From contig CM052817.1 in assembly GCA_028534125.1 (NCBI GenBank), forward strand, positions 56,050,001 through 56,114,000: a stretch of DNA of 64,000 nucleotides. Reading direction: 5' to 3'. The notes beneath the pieces were generated by a model. It was given only the letters and a program-made list of their open reading frames with translations. It was not told the DNA's origin and did not search any database. The position numbers and the translations under genes are program-made. The stretch comes from Lama glama (taxonomy: Eukaryota). Shown here piece by piece: positions 11,821 through 24,920 of this stretch (position 1 is the stretch's first letter; each line of letters begins with the position of its first letter).

Positions 11821-12499
11821 CCTAGGGATTCACAGTACTTTAATACAGAAGTGTTCCAGTTAGATTTGGTCAGAGATCACAGAAACACATTTCCAGAGAA
11901 TGCTACAAGGCATAAAATGTACTAGAGAATACACAATGAAACCCCCGGACCACAATTAAGCAGCCACTATTAGGCAAACTACTATATTTCAGGTAATGTA
12001 GTACACATTGGGGACATAAAGATTTTGAGGTTTTGGTCCCCTATTACAGTTACAACTTTGACCTAGTTCTTTCCTCAAACAGCTCACATTATAAAGGTAT
12101 AAGAGATACCTACAAATAAAATGTGAAAGTAGTAGCCAAGAAATTTTGCTAAAAAGCCTATGAGAATCTAGGGAAATCAGCTATTTGCTCAGGCAGTGGT
12201 GGGGAGGTATTACAAAGTAGGTGACATTTAATCTGGAACATAAAAATTGAGCATGATGTTTCTAGGAGTGAGGGATGACATTTCAGGTAAATGGAAAGAC
12301 AGATGTCAAAGTAGAGAGATGTGAAATTGCATGGTCAAGAACATCATTCAGGAGTACTAAAAATTATATGCAGGAATATGATAAAGAATTGAGTTAAAAT
12401 TTGTGTCAGTTCACAAGTAATACATCTTTAGGACTGATGCCTAATTTCAACATATTTTAAGTCCTGATTGGATAAAAGCAATCTTGGATTGTAAGTAAT

Positions 12500-15150
12500 C
12501 TAGCTACTTTAGAACCACAAAAATACATTCTAGAAGAAGATAATATCCTAGGCCTCAATTTACTGCTATAAGACTGTCAGCACACAATCCAAAATGAATA
12601 GATATACAAAGAGACTAGGTAAAGTTGATACCAAGAGGGAGAATAAGCAGAAGTTAAAGTTATCAAATATGGACTCTAAAAAATTAGTATATTAGACATG
12701 TTAGAGAAAATAAATGACAAGTTATAGAATTCTCACAGTTAAATGGAAACTATTCAAATGTTTACTAAAAATTCTAGATTTGAAAAATTCATAGGTAAAC
12801 TTATCCATTTAATAGATGAGTTTTAAATAGATTAGACATAACAGAAAAGATCATCTGAAAACTGAAAAATTGCTAAAAAATAAATATGCAAAGCACTGAA
12901 AGCAAAAGTTAGAAAATCAGAGAAAAGTGAGAGACATGATGGAAATACAATTCACGGTATAACATACTGATAATCTGAGTCCTCAAAAACAAGAGAGAGA
13001 GGATGAGAAGGAAACATTTCAAAAGGTAATGGTTCAAAGTTTTCCAAAACACAAGTGTTGGCAAATTATAAAATCAAGAACTATTATAAACTCAAACATA
13101 TTTAAACATGTTATAGCTGCTAAAATGTAAGAACAAAGAAAATCTCAAAAGCAGCCAGAGGGAAAAAGGCATATTTTCTCCAGAAGAAAAAAAAAAAAGT
13201 AAGACTATAGCTAATTTCTCAAGAAATACTGTAATTTCAGGAGGTAAAATAAGAAATACTTTTAAAAGCTGAAAGAAAATAACTGTCAACCTAGAACCCT
13301 ATACCTAGTAAAAGTATTCTTAAAAAGGAAAACAAAACCAAAAAAAACCTGACTTCTTCTTCCAGCTAAAATGAGTTAACTTGGACTGGGATCTCTCTCC
13401 TATCTGAAACAACCAGAAAAAGTTAACCAAATTTATCAAACAACAATTTCTGAACTACTGAACATCAGGCAACAAAGGAGAGACTTCCCAGAGAGACAGG
13501 AAACATATAAGGTAAGTCCAATGATTATCCCAGCTTAATATTTGAGATAATTTCCAGGCTGTAGCTTAGAGAGGTGAACACATGCAGATCTTAGCAAACT
13601 CCCTGAATTTATAAGACAGAGCTGATGGTCCTGAGGGAGAAAAGTAATTAGAGGTTAGTGGACAGAGTGTAAGAGAGGGGAGAGCTCACAGACAGAAAGT
13701 CAGCCATCCACAGAAGATCATTCTGAAATATTCAGCAATACTTATGAGTGCATGTATGTGAGAAAACTACTTGACACTTCCAAAAAAAAAAAAAAAAGAG
13801 AGAGAGAGAGAAAACATCCAAAAGGATTAGAATAAGCATATTTGGCACCAACACATGGCGGGTGCCTATTTTCCCCAGCCAGATGGAAAAATCTCATAAT
13901 TCATTGGGTATTGGATAGAGTATACAGAAAAGTCTTGCCTCAGTATTGGGAAATAATTAGGTCAAGATTACATTATGATGGACTTCTGCCGAATAAATCT
14001 TAAAAGGATCTCACTGATTCCAAATAAATTATCTATGTCCTAGAGAAAAATTCCAAATATTTACAAAGATACAAGATCTAGCACTCTAGCATCTGACAAG
14101 GTATAACTCACAACTTACAGATTGTTCGGCATGGGAAAAAGCAGCAAAATGAAACTCTAGGAGAAAATCCAAACAATCAAAATTGATCAAGAACTAACAC
14201 AGATGTTAGATAGTAGCTTTAGCAGATAAGGATATTAAAAATTATTGCAACCATATCTGACATGTTAAAAATTAAAGTAGAAAACATTGGAAGTATGTTT
14301 TAAAGACCTGAAATATAAATTTTGGAGATGAAAACTTCAGTGACTAAAAAGAAAAATACTCTGAAGGGATTAAAGTCAGATAGGATATTTCAGAAGGAAA
14401 AAAAAATTGTGAACTCGATTATACAGCAATAGAGACTATCAGAGACTATCCAAATGATCATACAGAGAAAAAAATAAAAATAAAGAGTACCAGTGAGCCG
14501 TGAGGCAATTTCAGTTTGCTTGTTACAAGGGTAACTAGATTCTCCAAAAGATGGAACAGAGGAAGGAGACAGTAAAACATTCACTGAAAAAATAACAGCC
14601 TGCAATTATCCAAATTTGATGAAAACTGTAATTTCAGATCCAAGAAGTTCAACACAACCAAGTATATCACTTGCAGTGATGTGAAAAGTTAGCTGTTATA
14701 CAATAAACATGAAAGCAACCAATTAAAAAATTTTATAAGCCAAAAATGGAGATTAACTGGAATAACTGAAAAAACCACATTCAAAAGCAGACATAAATAA
14801 AGGAAAAAGCAGACAAAGAACATACGAGGCAAAAGGAAAACCAATAGCAAGATGGTAGACAGAAATCTAACTGTATCAATAATTGCACTAAATGTAAATA
14901 GTCTAAACATCCAATTAAAAGTTATACTAGATAAAAATGCAACACACAACTATACGTTGTCTACAAGAAATGTACTTTACATATAAAGGCAAAAGTAGTC
15001 TAAAAGTAAAATAATAAAAATATGTATAATGTTAACTTTAATCAAAATAAAACTAGAAGCTACAATAATATAAAAACTAGATTTTAAAACATAATATTGC
15101 TAGAGATTAAAGAGAGATGTTTTATAAGGATAAAGGGGTCAAGTCTTCAT
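12500..15150 (+). mobile_element. Composite of old L1 5' pieces: ORF1 (12500-13340), 5' UTR/ORF1 (13350-14650), ORF2 endonuclease start (14690-15150)
   Basis: aaatctcaaaagcagccagag and tgtcaacctagaaccctatacc (ORF1); atggtagacagaaat... at 14852 translates to MVDRNLTVSIIALNVNSLNI, resembling the L1 endonuclease N-terminus SIITLNVNGLN. Confidence 0.8.
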
Positions 15151-15329
15151 TTCTATCATGGACAAACACCTGCACTAGACATTTCAGTACATTTACACGT
15201 GTGTTACATATAATATATATTTATATAAATTTCTTTAACTTTATATCTATTTTAAATTAAAGATGAATCTATGGGTTTCATTTTATGTAGAAATGGAGTA
15301 TTATAAAATATTTGCTATTAAATATTGTT

Positions 15330-15660
15330 GTTGATGCAACACATGAACTTCAAAAAAATGTTAAGTGAAAGAAGCTAGACTAAACAAAATACATACTGTG
15401 TGACTGCATTTATGAAAAATTCAAGAAAAGATAAAATTAATATAGCGTAAGAAAGTAGATCAAAGAGGAAGGTCGTTCGGGAAAAGTCATGTCAAGATCA
15501 ACTGCAGTGAAGTACAAGACTACTTTTTCAGGTGCTGCACAATATCATGATTGTTGTGGCTGTTGAATACATATATACATATACTTACCAAAACTCATCA
15601 AATGGTATGCTTAAATTATCTCCATTTTAAATAAATTACATCTAAATAAAAGTTTTTAAA
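15330..15660 (+). mobile_element. L1ME-type 3' UTR
   Basis: gcaacacatgaacttcaaaaaaatgttaagtgaaagaagctagac...aaaactcatcaaatggtatgcttaaa. Confidence 0.8.
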
Positions 15661-17080
15661 ACACTGATGATAGAACAAATAAAGGTAAGGTGTTGATGCT
15701 GACGAGGTTGAGGGTTACTGACTTAAATCTCCATACTCTCAAGTATTTACTGAGCTCATTTCTTTCTGTCATCTATGTTCACTCTTTCTTCTATCACCAG
15801 AAGTTGGTAAAAACATCAGCTTCTCCTTCATATTTTTTTTTTAATGACATAACCCATTTCAGTGCTCACTAAGTTGTGGCAAAACAACCCAAACGGCACA
15901 TCAAGGTGTTTTGCTAAACAGGCAAAATTCCCCGGGCTAAGAAAAATTCTGCCACTTGGTTTAAAGTTGAAATGTTTTGCCTTAAATGAGGTAAAATAAA
16001 TAATCAAAGAAAAAGAAAGTCATCTTAAGAATTTGGGGAGATATATATATATCTCCAGAGAAATATGAATATGTTAATTTACTGCCATTTGTACATGGAA
16101 TTGATGAGAGAATACTAGCAAAGTATAAAAATTGAGGAGTTCTCTGCTTTTAAAACAGGAGATTTACTCTGTCCCCAGACCTCACTGTGATCAGTAACAC
16201 TAATTTTCAAAACTGCTGTCAGAGTAAGAAGAAGGAAAGACTACACATGCAGAGAGCTACATATGTGTTTAAAAGAGATCTTTATACACTCACCCACAGA
16301 CACTTTCAGCCAGCAGTGTTCCTTTCTAGACTGAACTTCTCAAGAATATGATTATCAAATCAGAGAATGATGTCCCGGGTTTTCAGCCTGGCATTTACAA
16401 GAACTGTTGAATATCTGTGATTGAAAATAATTGGAAAATATATCAAAATGATTGCTGAGTCAAGCTGTGCTGTAGCTGTCACCAAGTTACCACACATTCC
16501 AGATTAGTTTATACTTAATCTTTACTCAAATTATGCTTGTGGGGAACAGATTAATATGTATTTCATTAATGTTATCATGAGTAAAAATTCTGAGATTGCA
16601 GATCAACTGCAATTTTTATTAGTGATAACATAAAATACTAGCTACCTTCCTTGTAAACGGTTGATTGATCAAGTTGAACAAAATAATTGCAAGTGAACCT
16701 TATTTTAGCGGACTTTCTAATGCATTTGGATGCTCTCTCAGTGAGGCTGACGCTGTTTTGGAAAACACCATGTGCATGGAAGATAGAGCAGCTCCATGCT
16801 TTTCATCTTTAAAACTACTTCCTAGCAGAATTTAAGAAAGCCTGGGATGCAGCTTTTAGTGTCTAAGGAAATTAAGATCCTCAGTTGACTGTTTTAGGTT
16901 TTACCGTTTGGTGGCATAAACCACTAAGCAGAAAGACAAAAAATATTTAATACGTATGAACTGAAATCCTTCTACCTTAATAGTATCAAGGGATAGTTGC
17001 ACATATCTGCTAAAACCTGTGATATACTCTATTCCATATATGTCTCATAGGGTCCATTTAATGCCTGATGCATCTTTTAT

Positions 17081-17113
<33 letters not shown>

Positions 17114-17128
17114 CACACACATATATAT
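17081..17128. repeat. Compound (AC)n/(AT)n microsatellite
   Basis: Direct reading. Confidence 0.95.
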
Positions 17129-17829
17129 TATCTGTATTATTTAATGCTCTTAGCAATATTGGGAAATAGGTAGTAGAATATTGTGAGTGAAGAAACAGAA
17201 TTATAAAATAGTTCATAAGCAGATTAGGCCTCACACTTATGCTTGTAGGCTTGTTTAAATTCAAAGCTGTGTGAGTACAAAAAAAAAATACAGCTTATTG
17301 TTTAAATATGCTTGTCATCCAAGCCAAATGTTTGTTTTTTATAATTTCCAACCATTGAAATCACCATGGCACTTCTTTTCAATTCTGAGCTATCAGAGCC
17401 GGAAAAGTTTAGTCAGTATGCTAAATACACCTAAACATTCATTAATAAAAATGAAATGTACCAATGCCTGAAGCCATGAGGTAAAGGCCAAATGGTGACC
17501 TGCAATTGGATACTACTGAATGTGCTGGCATTCTAGTGAGATTAGAGAGATTTAAAAAAAAAAAAAACTCTTTTTCCAAAAACTGTTAAAACTACAATTA
17601 CCCCTTTAAATGACCAGCATAATTTATACCGAAAACATATGAAGGCTATTACTGGTATAAAGTAATATTGAAAATCAAATGCATATACATTTAATTACTT
17701 AATCAATTACTTAGTATTTTTAATGCTATTTACTTCTGTTCCTCAATACTCAGAAACTCCTGATACATTACTTCTCAGTTGTATCTTGTTATCTCAACAG
17801 ACACCAGGGACATAGTAGAGCCCCTTGTT

Positions 17830-17834
<5 letters not shown>

Positions 17835-17864
<30 letters not shown>

Positions 17865-17957
17865 TTGTGTGTATATATATTGTATAATTTTTTATTGAAG
17901 TCTAGTCAGTTTACAATGTTGTGTCAGTTTCTGGTATACAGCACAATACTTCTTTTT
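17835..17957 (-). mobile_element. Extremely truncated young L1 3' end with a (GT)n-containing tail
   Basis: tttattgaagtctagtcagtttacaatgttgtgtcagtttctggtatacagcacaat is the reverse complement of the terminus seen at about 6455-6515; a 33-bp direct repeat flanks it. Confidence 0.85.
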
Positions 17958-18659
17958 CACCAGTGACATGCTGGAGCCCCTCGTTCTTTTTACGAAGACT
18001 GATGTAATGGACTTTATTTGGGTATCCCCAAATTGAAAAGCCAGCAGGATGATACAAAAGGCACCAACAACTTCTATTATCTGTCTCCATTGGAAGTTAC
18101 ACTTTAATTCACTATATAATGATTCTAGAGGCTTAGCCCCATGGTTTAATATTTTACTGGAATAATGAATATAGGTCATCTATGATATTCATGTTTGATT
18201 CTTTTTGTTTGTTTTCTTGTTTGTTTTACTTTAAGACATGAAGTAGCATGCAGTCTATCCCAGTTGGTGTCTTTGTGCCCATAAACGTCTGTATTTCCTG
18301 AAGTCATCATTACTTGATAATGTCTGTAGTGTGATTTTTCAGTAAACATTATACAAATAACTCTTAAAAGGAGTGGAGCATATGGCAAAAAAAATAATTC
18401 AAGCAATTCTTAGAAATGGACACATTAACATGATCATATGTACACTTACTTATTTTATCACTTTTACAGGGCTCAATTGTAAGTTATACTAATTTGGTGA
18501 AATTGTTTCTATCAGATTATTTTAGCTCATGGCTAACAGAACTTGTAAGAAAGAGTTGATGGCTTTAGAAAGGAAATCATCAGACTTGGTAAATAATTAC
18601 AAATACATTTCATATGTGTTCAATGATTCTTGCCACATCTCTGTGATATAATTGTTTTT

Positions 18660-18790
18660 TATTATACTTATTTCACAGATGATAAACCTGAGGCTAAGAG
18701 GCTATATATTGTCCTTGGTTCAGTGTAATTAAAATACGGAGTTGAACTTGAACCCAAGTCTTCTGTCTCTACAGCCAGCATTCTTTCTAA
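18660..18790 (-). mobile_element. MIR
   Basis: ttatttcacagatgataaacctgaggctaagag...cttgaacccaagtctt (MIR core). Confidence 0.8.
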
Positions 18791-18819
18791 TGAAACGTAA
18801 GTAGAAATAAAAAATAATT

Positions 18820-18905
18820 TCTTCCTCCCTCTCTGTCTTTCTTTCCTTCTCCTCCCTCTCTTCCTCCTTCCCTCCATGCCTTCCATTCTCCCCTTTTCCC
18901 ACCAA
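18820..18905. repeat. CT-rich low-complexity tract
   Basis: Direct reading; explains ORFs 18668-18938. Confidence 0.85.
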
Positions 18906-20679
18906 TCTATCCTTATATAGGTGGTTTTTTGCATACATAAAATGGTATCAACAGGTAAATGGTACTCAAATTGCTGTCATTGTTCATTGGGAGATAACAT
19001 TTCAATTCTAATGGTTATGCTATACCTGGAATCTGACATACCAGCTAGTTAAATTTCAAAACACATATATTTCTTAACTGCTGACTATACATTTATTCAT
19101 CTATAAGATGCAATCAAAATACTCAGACCCATTTAAGTCACCAGAAATGGTACTTGCACTCACAGGCACATCATCAATATTCAATAAAACACAATTTAGA
19201 TTTTGAACACACTAGAGTTGCTTTAACATAACTAGTCTGGTTCATCAACTAGGACATATAGTAATGATAATGAAATATAAGCTAGAAAGCATTAACTGCC
19301 TCTTAAAGAATATAAATTGGCTGTAACAGAAAAGGAGCAAACTAAGCATTGCAAATAGCATGTTAAAATATAAAAGAGAGTAGTGTGATATCAAATGCTA
19401 ATTATTTATTATATATGTCTTACATTCATATCAGTGAGAAAAAAGTAAAGAATAATAACTATGTATGTTCTCAAGTAAATGGATGCCACAAATATATACC
19501 ATCTTGTTGTTGATGTAACAGTATGCTTGACAACTCATTGAGTTCAGTGAAATATTAATGTCTTCCACCAGTTGGCAATAAAAGTTTTCAGCCAGTGGCA
19601 AAATCATGCTTAACTACTGCAAACTGATCAAATAGATTCCATTGAATGCCTCATTCCACTTTAAGGGAAATATTTACATGGGAAAATATAAAGTAATAAT
19701 AAACTTTTCATTGTTACGACTTTATCCTTAGAGTTCTACAAATCTATCTCAGAACAGAAATAAAAACAGACAAACTGCACAAAACATTCCATCATAATGA
19801 TTTTGAAAAATTAAAAAATATGAAGCTGTATTTTTCAGGTGTTAAATTCAAATGTACCATGAATTACAATGAAGGTACACTTGTCTAATGTGATTTTTTT
19901 TCTGATCATAATTTTTAAAAATATGCCCTAATCAATATCATCATTAGTGTGCAGGAATTGGGTTTTATGCCTTTGGAGATGCATTTTTGCTAGATTCTAA
20001 TACTTCTGTGAGTTCCTCTTCAAATGTTAACACTTAGCTGGCACTATCAAAGATGAAGCTGAGAGAGAATCAGGTTATCTTTTGTCAGGTAATAAGTTAA
20101 TGCATTATTTCTTTTTATTTTTTAGTGAAATGTAAGGTACTGATTTACTTAACCATAGCACTGATATCTCAATGTTTCACTGCATGGTACTGAGTTCTTA
20201 GTCTCTGGCTGTTCACTTTTAAAAGTGACAAATATTAAATAAAAAGGACTCATATCAACACTCTGATTTTTTAAAAATTCTGCTACTTCAGGACAATTCC
20301 AGCCATAGATCATACAAGCATGATCATGAATTAATGTTAGGATATAATAATTATTTCAATATGACACACCACCTTTGAGAATAAAAGAGATCATTCAGAT
20401 CAGTCCTTTTCATACTGTACTTTGGGGGGAACTTATGGACACTGGACCTCACCAGGGCTGAGAGTGACGGGTGATGGGTATAAAGTAAAGTGGCAGGGCT
20501 CTGTTTTCTTCTACTCACTTCAATCAGAATATCTGTACTTTATCCTTTTTTAATTGGATTCTTATTAAATATTATATTTCAACAATTTGGGGGACTAAAA
20601 CTCTGAGGATGCAGATTTAGTTATTATTACTATAAATGATATACAAATAATTCTAATTTCTTACACTTTTCAAATACCA

Positions 20680-21170
20680 TGAAGTATACCTTTACATATA
20701 TTCTCTTACTTACTTTTGTCACAGTCTTGAAAAGAGATATTATTCTTTTCATTTTACTAATAAAAATGAGTATTAGAAAGGTTTAATAACTGGCTAAAAT
20801 TTAATAACTGTGATTCCAGCAGAGTGGAATTCCAATATAGGTCTCTCATACCATTTTTGGCTATTTACCATTCTATTACATAACCATTCAAGCACATAAC
20901 ACAACAGAACATATGATTAAGAATTACTATCTGACCATAGAATGGGAAATTCACAGTAATATATAATAGCACTTACATGACAGAGAAAACCTAATAATTA
21001 ACAATTACTAATTATAGTAAAACAGGGTAGAGCCTAGTGGCTCTAGAATAAGTGCATTAAGTCTGCAATCCACTTTGCCACTTAAAGCTGTATGCTAAGT
21101 TAATTTGTATAAAATCTTTAAAGTAATATAGTACATATTAAGTGTTTCAAAAATACTACCTATTATTAAG
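20680..21170. mobile_element. Two MIR remnants (minus ~20680-20880; plus ~21020-21170)
   Basis: cattttactaataaaaatgagtattagaaaggtttaataactggctaaa; ggtagagcctagtggctctagaat...tttgccactta. Confidence 0.6.
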
Positions 21171-22609
21171 AGAGTGTGCTGACTGTCGCTTTATGCTTAC
21201 ATGAATAGAATTCCAAGTATGAGTGGGGACCCATAAGAAGAAATTTTCCCTCTTTTTCTTTGTTAGGCATTGCATGGACATTTTATCAATACCAAAAAAT
21301 AAAAACAGCTTCAAAGATTCTTCATATTAATCTTGAATTTCTTCGACTCTGAATTTTCATTCTTAAACCTTTTTTTTTATCATAGAAGACTTCATTTAAT
21401 AGGTGATCAAATTGAGTCCAGATCTAGAGCACAAATGAAATCAGAATTCTCTCAACATTTCCTTCAATTGATTCACAAAGTGCTGATTCACAGTTTTATA
21501 TAAATAGGAATATAAATCAATAACTTAGATTTTTTAACTGCTAATTTTAATCCACAGCACTAATAATTCTTAGGATAAACATGATCAAGAGACAATATCT
21601 GAAAAACACTTGTCTGGATATAAGAAAATGTATGCTTATAAATTTAGCTAATATATATATTTTACCTAATATATATTGAATTATTATTTCTCCTTTGCTC
21701 AGAGCAATAACTGAAGCATTTGTAAAGGTTTTGAATCACTATCTCCAGGTTTACGTTTAGAAGTGAAGGAAAATAAGGATGAATTAGTTTGTGTTATTTA
21801 CCTGGATAGGTGTCAAAGCTACTACATGTCAATAGCATTGTGAAACTACACCACTGTTACGAAAGTTTATCAGAATAAGAGGCAGGGCTAGGGAGTCCGT
21901 GTAAGTGAAATTTAGTTGAACATTAGTTACAAACAATGAGCTCTTGATAAGTGGGAGTAATGACAGGGTATGGGGAAAGGACAAATATAAACTCAAATCA
22001 TGGATAAAGAGAAATTACACTTATCTCTTATTTGGGGAAAGATTAATTGGTTAAACCCCAGCAGGCAGCTGATTCTAGAACAATAATGAGGTTTCTGTTC
22101 ATTACAGCTATTTGCCAGCCATGTGGTCCAACACCTTTGGGCTGATTCACATTTGTTATCTGATGAGAGTAGAGGAGGGGAAGTAGGAGGTAACTGAAAA
22201 TGAAGAAAAGGCAGCACTAATCAGTTGCTGCCTCATTGTTAAGAACCCCTCTGTGCCTTAGCACAGCTACTTTGCATTCCTTAAACACTCTGTGAATAGA
22301 GAGTTTAACCTGTATAAGAATGCAAAATATTGAATTATTGATGTATAGGACAAGGTAAGTTCTAGTCTTCTGAATTCCCAGGTAATTCACACATAGATAT
22401 AGTTTACTTTCTCTATATAGACTCCAGTAGTAACTGTAGACTCTAAAGCAATTCATCCTAAATTCCCTTTTTTATATCATATTTGCTATATTAATTTATA
22501 ACAAGTATTATAAATAATATATATAAAGCTTCCCTCTAGCCAAAAAGAAAGTTTGGCTTTCTTTAAGCAAATTGTTTAAAGATCATTAAATCATGCATCA
22601 AAAAAATAC

Positions 22610-24920
22610 ATTTATTAACTCATTTGACAAATAATTATCATTCCTCTACTCTGCTGCCAGGATCTATGGTACAAGCCATAAACATAGAAATAAATAAAAT
22701 AAATATAGCCTTAGTCTTTACATAGATTAATTCCACTGAGAGAGATGACAATATCAATAAACTATGTAAACAGACACATAAAATCATTCCAAATTATAAT
22801 AAGCACATCGTAGGACATACACTGGAAGTGAGTTTAAGAAAAATTAAGGACTTACTTTTGATAGACTGATTATGACAAGACTATCTGAGGAAGTTTCATT
22901 GCTGCCGAGACCAAAAGGATGAGACAGAGCAATAAAAGATCAGGGAAAGCAGGAAAACATGCAGAAGCTCTGAGGATCTAAAGTGCTTTACATTTCTAAA
23001 AACTTAAAAAAAAAAACAGTGATTTTGGAGCACAAAGAAATAGGAAAAGATTTTGCCTAATATCAAGTGGGAGAGTGAAAGACTCAATCTGAATGCAATG
23101 GCAGATATTTAAAGATTTTAAGCAGGGAGTGACTCAATCAAATGTACAATTTAATAAAATAATCCTAGCTTCTGTGGTAAGAATGAATTTAAAGGAGGAA
23201 AAAAATTAAATGGGAAATCAGTTGGCAAGTTATTCTTTATTCTAGAGAGACATAATGACTTCTGGTTCTTTGTATATGACAGTGGAGATGAGCAATTGTG
23301 AAGTTAAAATTGTTTTCAGAGTTAGAATTTATATAAACTACTGATGGGTTGTAGAGAATGAGATGAATGAACATAGAACAAGACACTTCAAAACTCTTAG
23401 AAGAGAACATAGGCAAAGCATTCCCTCATATAAATCATAGCAATGTTCATCTAGGGCAGTCTACCAAGGCAATAGAAATAAAAGCAAAAATAAACAAATG
23501 GGATCTAATCAAGCTTTTGCACAGCAAAGGAAACTAAACAAACAAAAAGACAACTCATGGAATGGGAGAAAATATTTGCAAACAATGTGACTGACAAGGG
23601 CTTAATTTCCAGAATATACAAACAGCTCATACAACTCAGTAACAAAAATATAAACAACCCAATCAAAAAATGAGCAGAAGACCTAGACAAACATTTCTCC
23701 AATGAAGGCATACAAATGGCCAATAGGCACATGCAAAATGCTCAATATTGCTAATTACCAGAGAAATGCTTATGAAAACTACAATGAGGTATTACCTCAC
23801 ATGGATCAAAATAGCCATCCTTAAAAAGTCCACAGTGATAAAAGCTGGAGAGTGCGGAGAAAAGGGAATCCTCCTACACTGTTGGTGGGAATGTAGTTTG
23901 TTGCAGCCATTATGGAAAACAGTATGGAGATTCCTCAAAAGACTAAAAATAAACTTACTATATGATCCAGCAATCTCACTCCTGGGCATACATCTGGAGG
24001 AAATTCTAATTCAAAAAGAAACATGCACTCCAGTGTTCATAGTAACATTATGTACATTAACCAGGACATGGAAGCAACCTAAATATCCATCCAAGGATGA
24101 CTAGATAAAGAAGCTGTGGTATACATATACAATGGAATACTACTCAGCCATAAAAAAGAATGAAATAATGCCATTTGTAGCAACATGGATGTATCTGGAG
24201 ATTGCCATACTAAGTGAAGTAAGCCAGAAAGAGAAAGAAAAATATCGTATTATATCACTTATATGTGGAATCTAAAAAATGAGATAAATAGAACTTATTT
24301 ACAAAACAGAAAGAGACTCAGAGACGTAGAAAACTTGTGGTTACAAGTGGGTTAAAGAGGAGGGGTGGAGGGGTAAATTGTGAGTTTGGGATTTGCAGAT
24401 ACTAACTACAATATATAAAATAGATAAACAGTGAGTTCCTACTGTATAACACAGGGAACTATATTCAGTATCTTATAATAACCTATAATGTAAAAGAATA
24501 TTAAAAGGAATATATATATAAAGGAATCACTATGCTGTATACCAGGAACTAACACAGAATTGTTAACTAACTGTACTTCAATTAAAAAAAGAAAGTTAGA
24601 GCCCATAAGAAAAGGAACTAAATAACAATATTTAGCATTGAAGTGGTAGTGGTGTCATTTACCGAGATGGTGAAGGCTTAGGGGTAAACATGTAAGGCTT
24701 TATCTATGTGTGGTTGTGTGTTTACTTGAAGAATTAAGAGTTTAATTTGGGGCATACATTTTGACTTTTATGAGACCTGTAAGTGGAGATATCAAGTAGA
24801 CAGCTGAATGTGAGTTTCTGGCATTAAGATAACTCTGAGCAGGACATGAGTTATTTTAAAATAGTCACTTTCAAGATGGTATTATGAGATCACCTATGGA
24901 GGCAGTGGAGAAAGTGAATA
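22610..24920 (-). mobile_element. L2 element, split by a younger L1
   Basis: aaagattttaagcagggagtgact, agtggagatatcaagtagacagctgaat and atgagatcacctatggag occur on both sides of the L1 at 23372-24594. Confidence 0.75.
23372..24594 (+). mobile_element. Cetartiodactyl-type 5'-truncated L1 (ORF2 C-terminus and 3' UTR)
   Basis: ORF 23748-24104: [14 protein letters not shown]...[29 protein letters not shown]; the 3' UTR ends in tacttcaattaaaaaaa. Confidence 0.95.

Noticed and set aside
19839..19874. 36-nt candidate exon (VKFKCTMNYNE)
   Set aside because: Short pyrimidine tract and weak donor gtacac; peptide not recognised.
20075..20095. Other AG|GT sites (20088, 11992, 25302)
   Set aside because: Short pyrimidine tracts or nearby upstream AGs; expected by chance.
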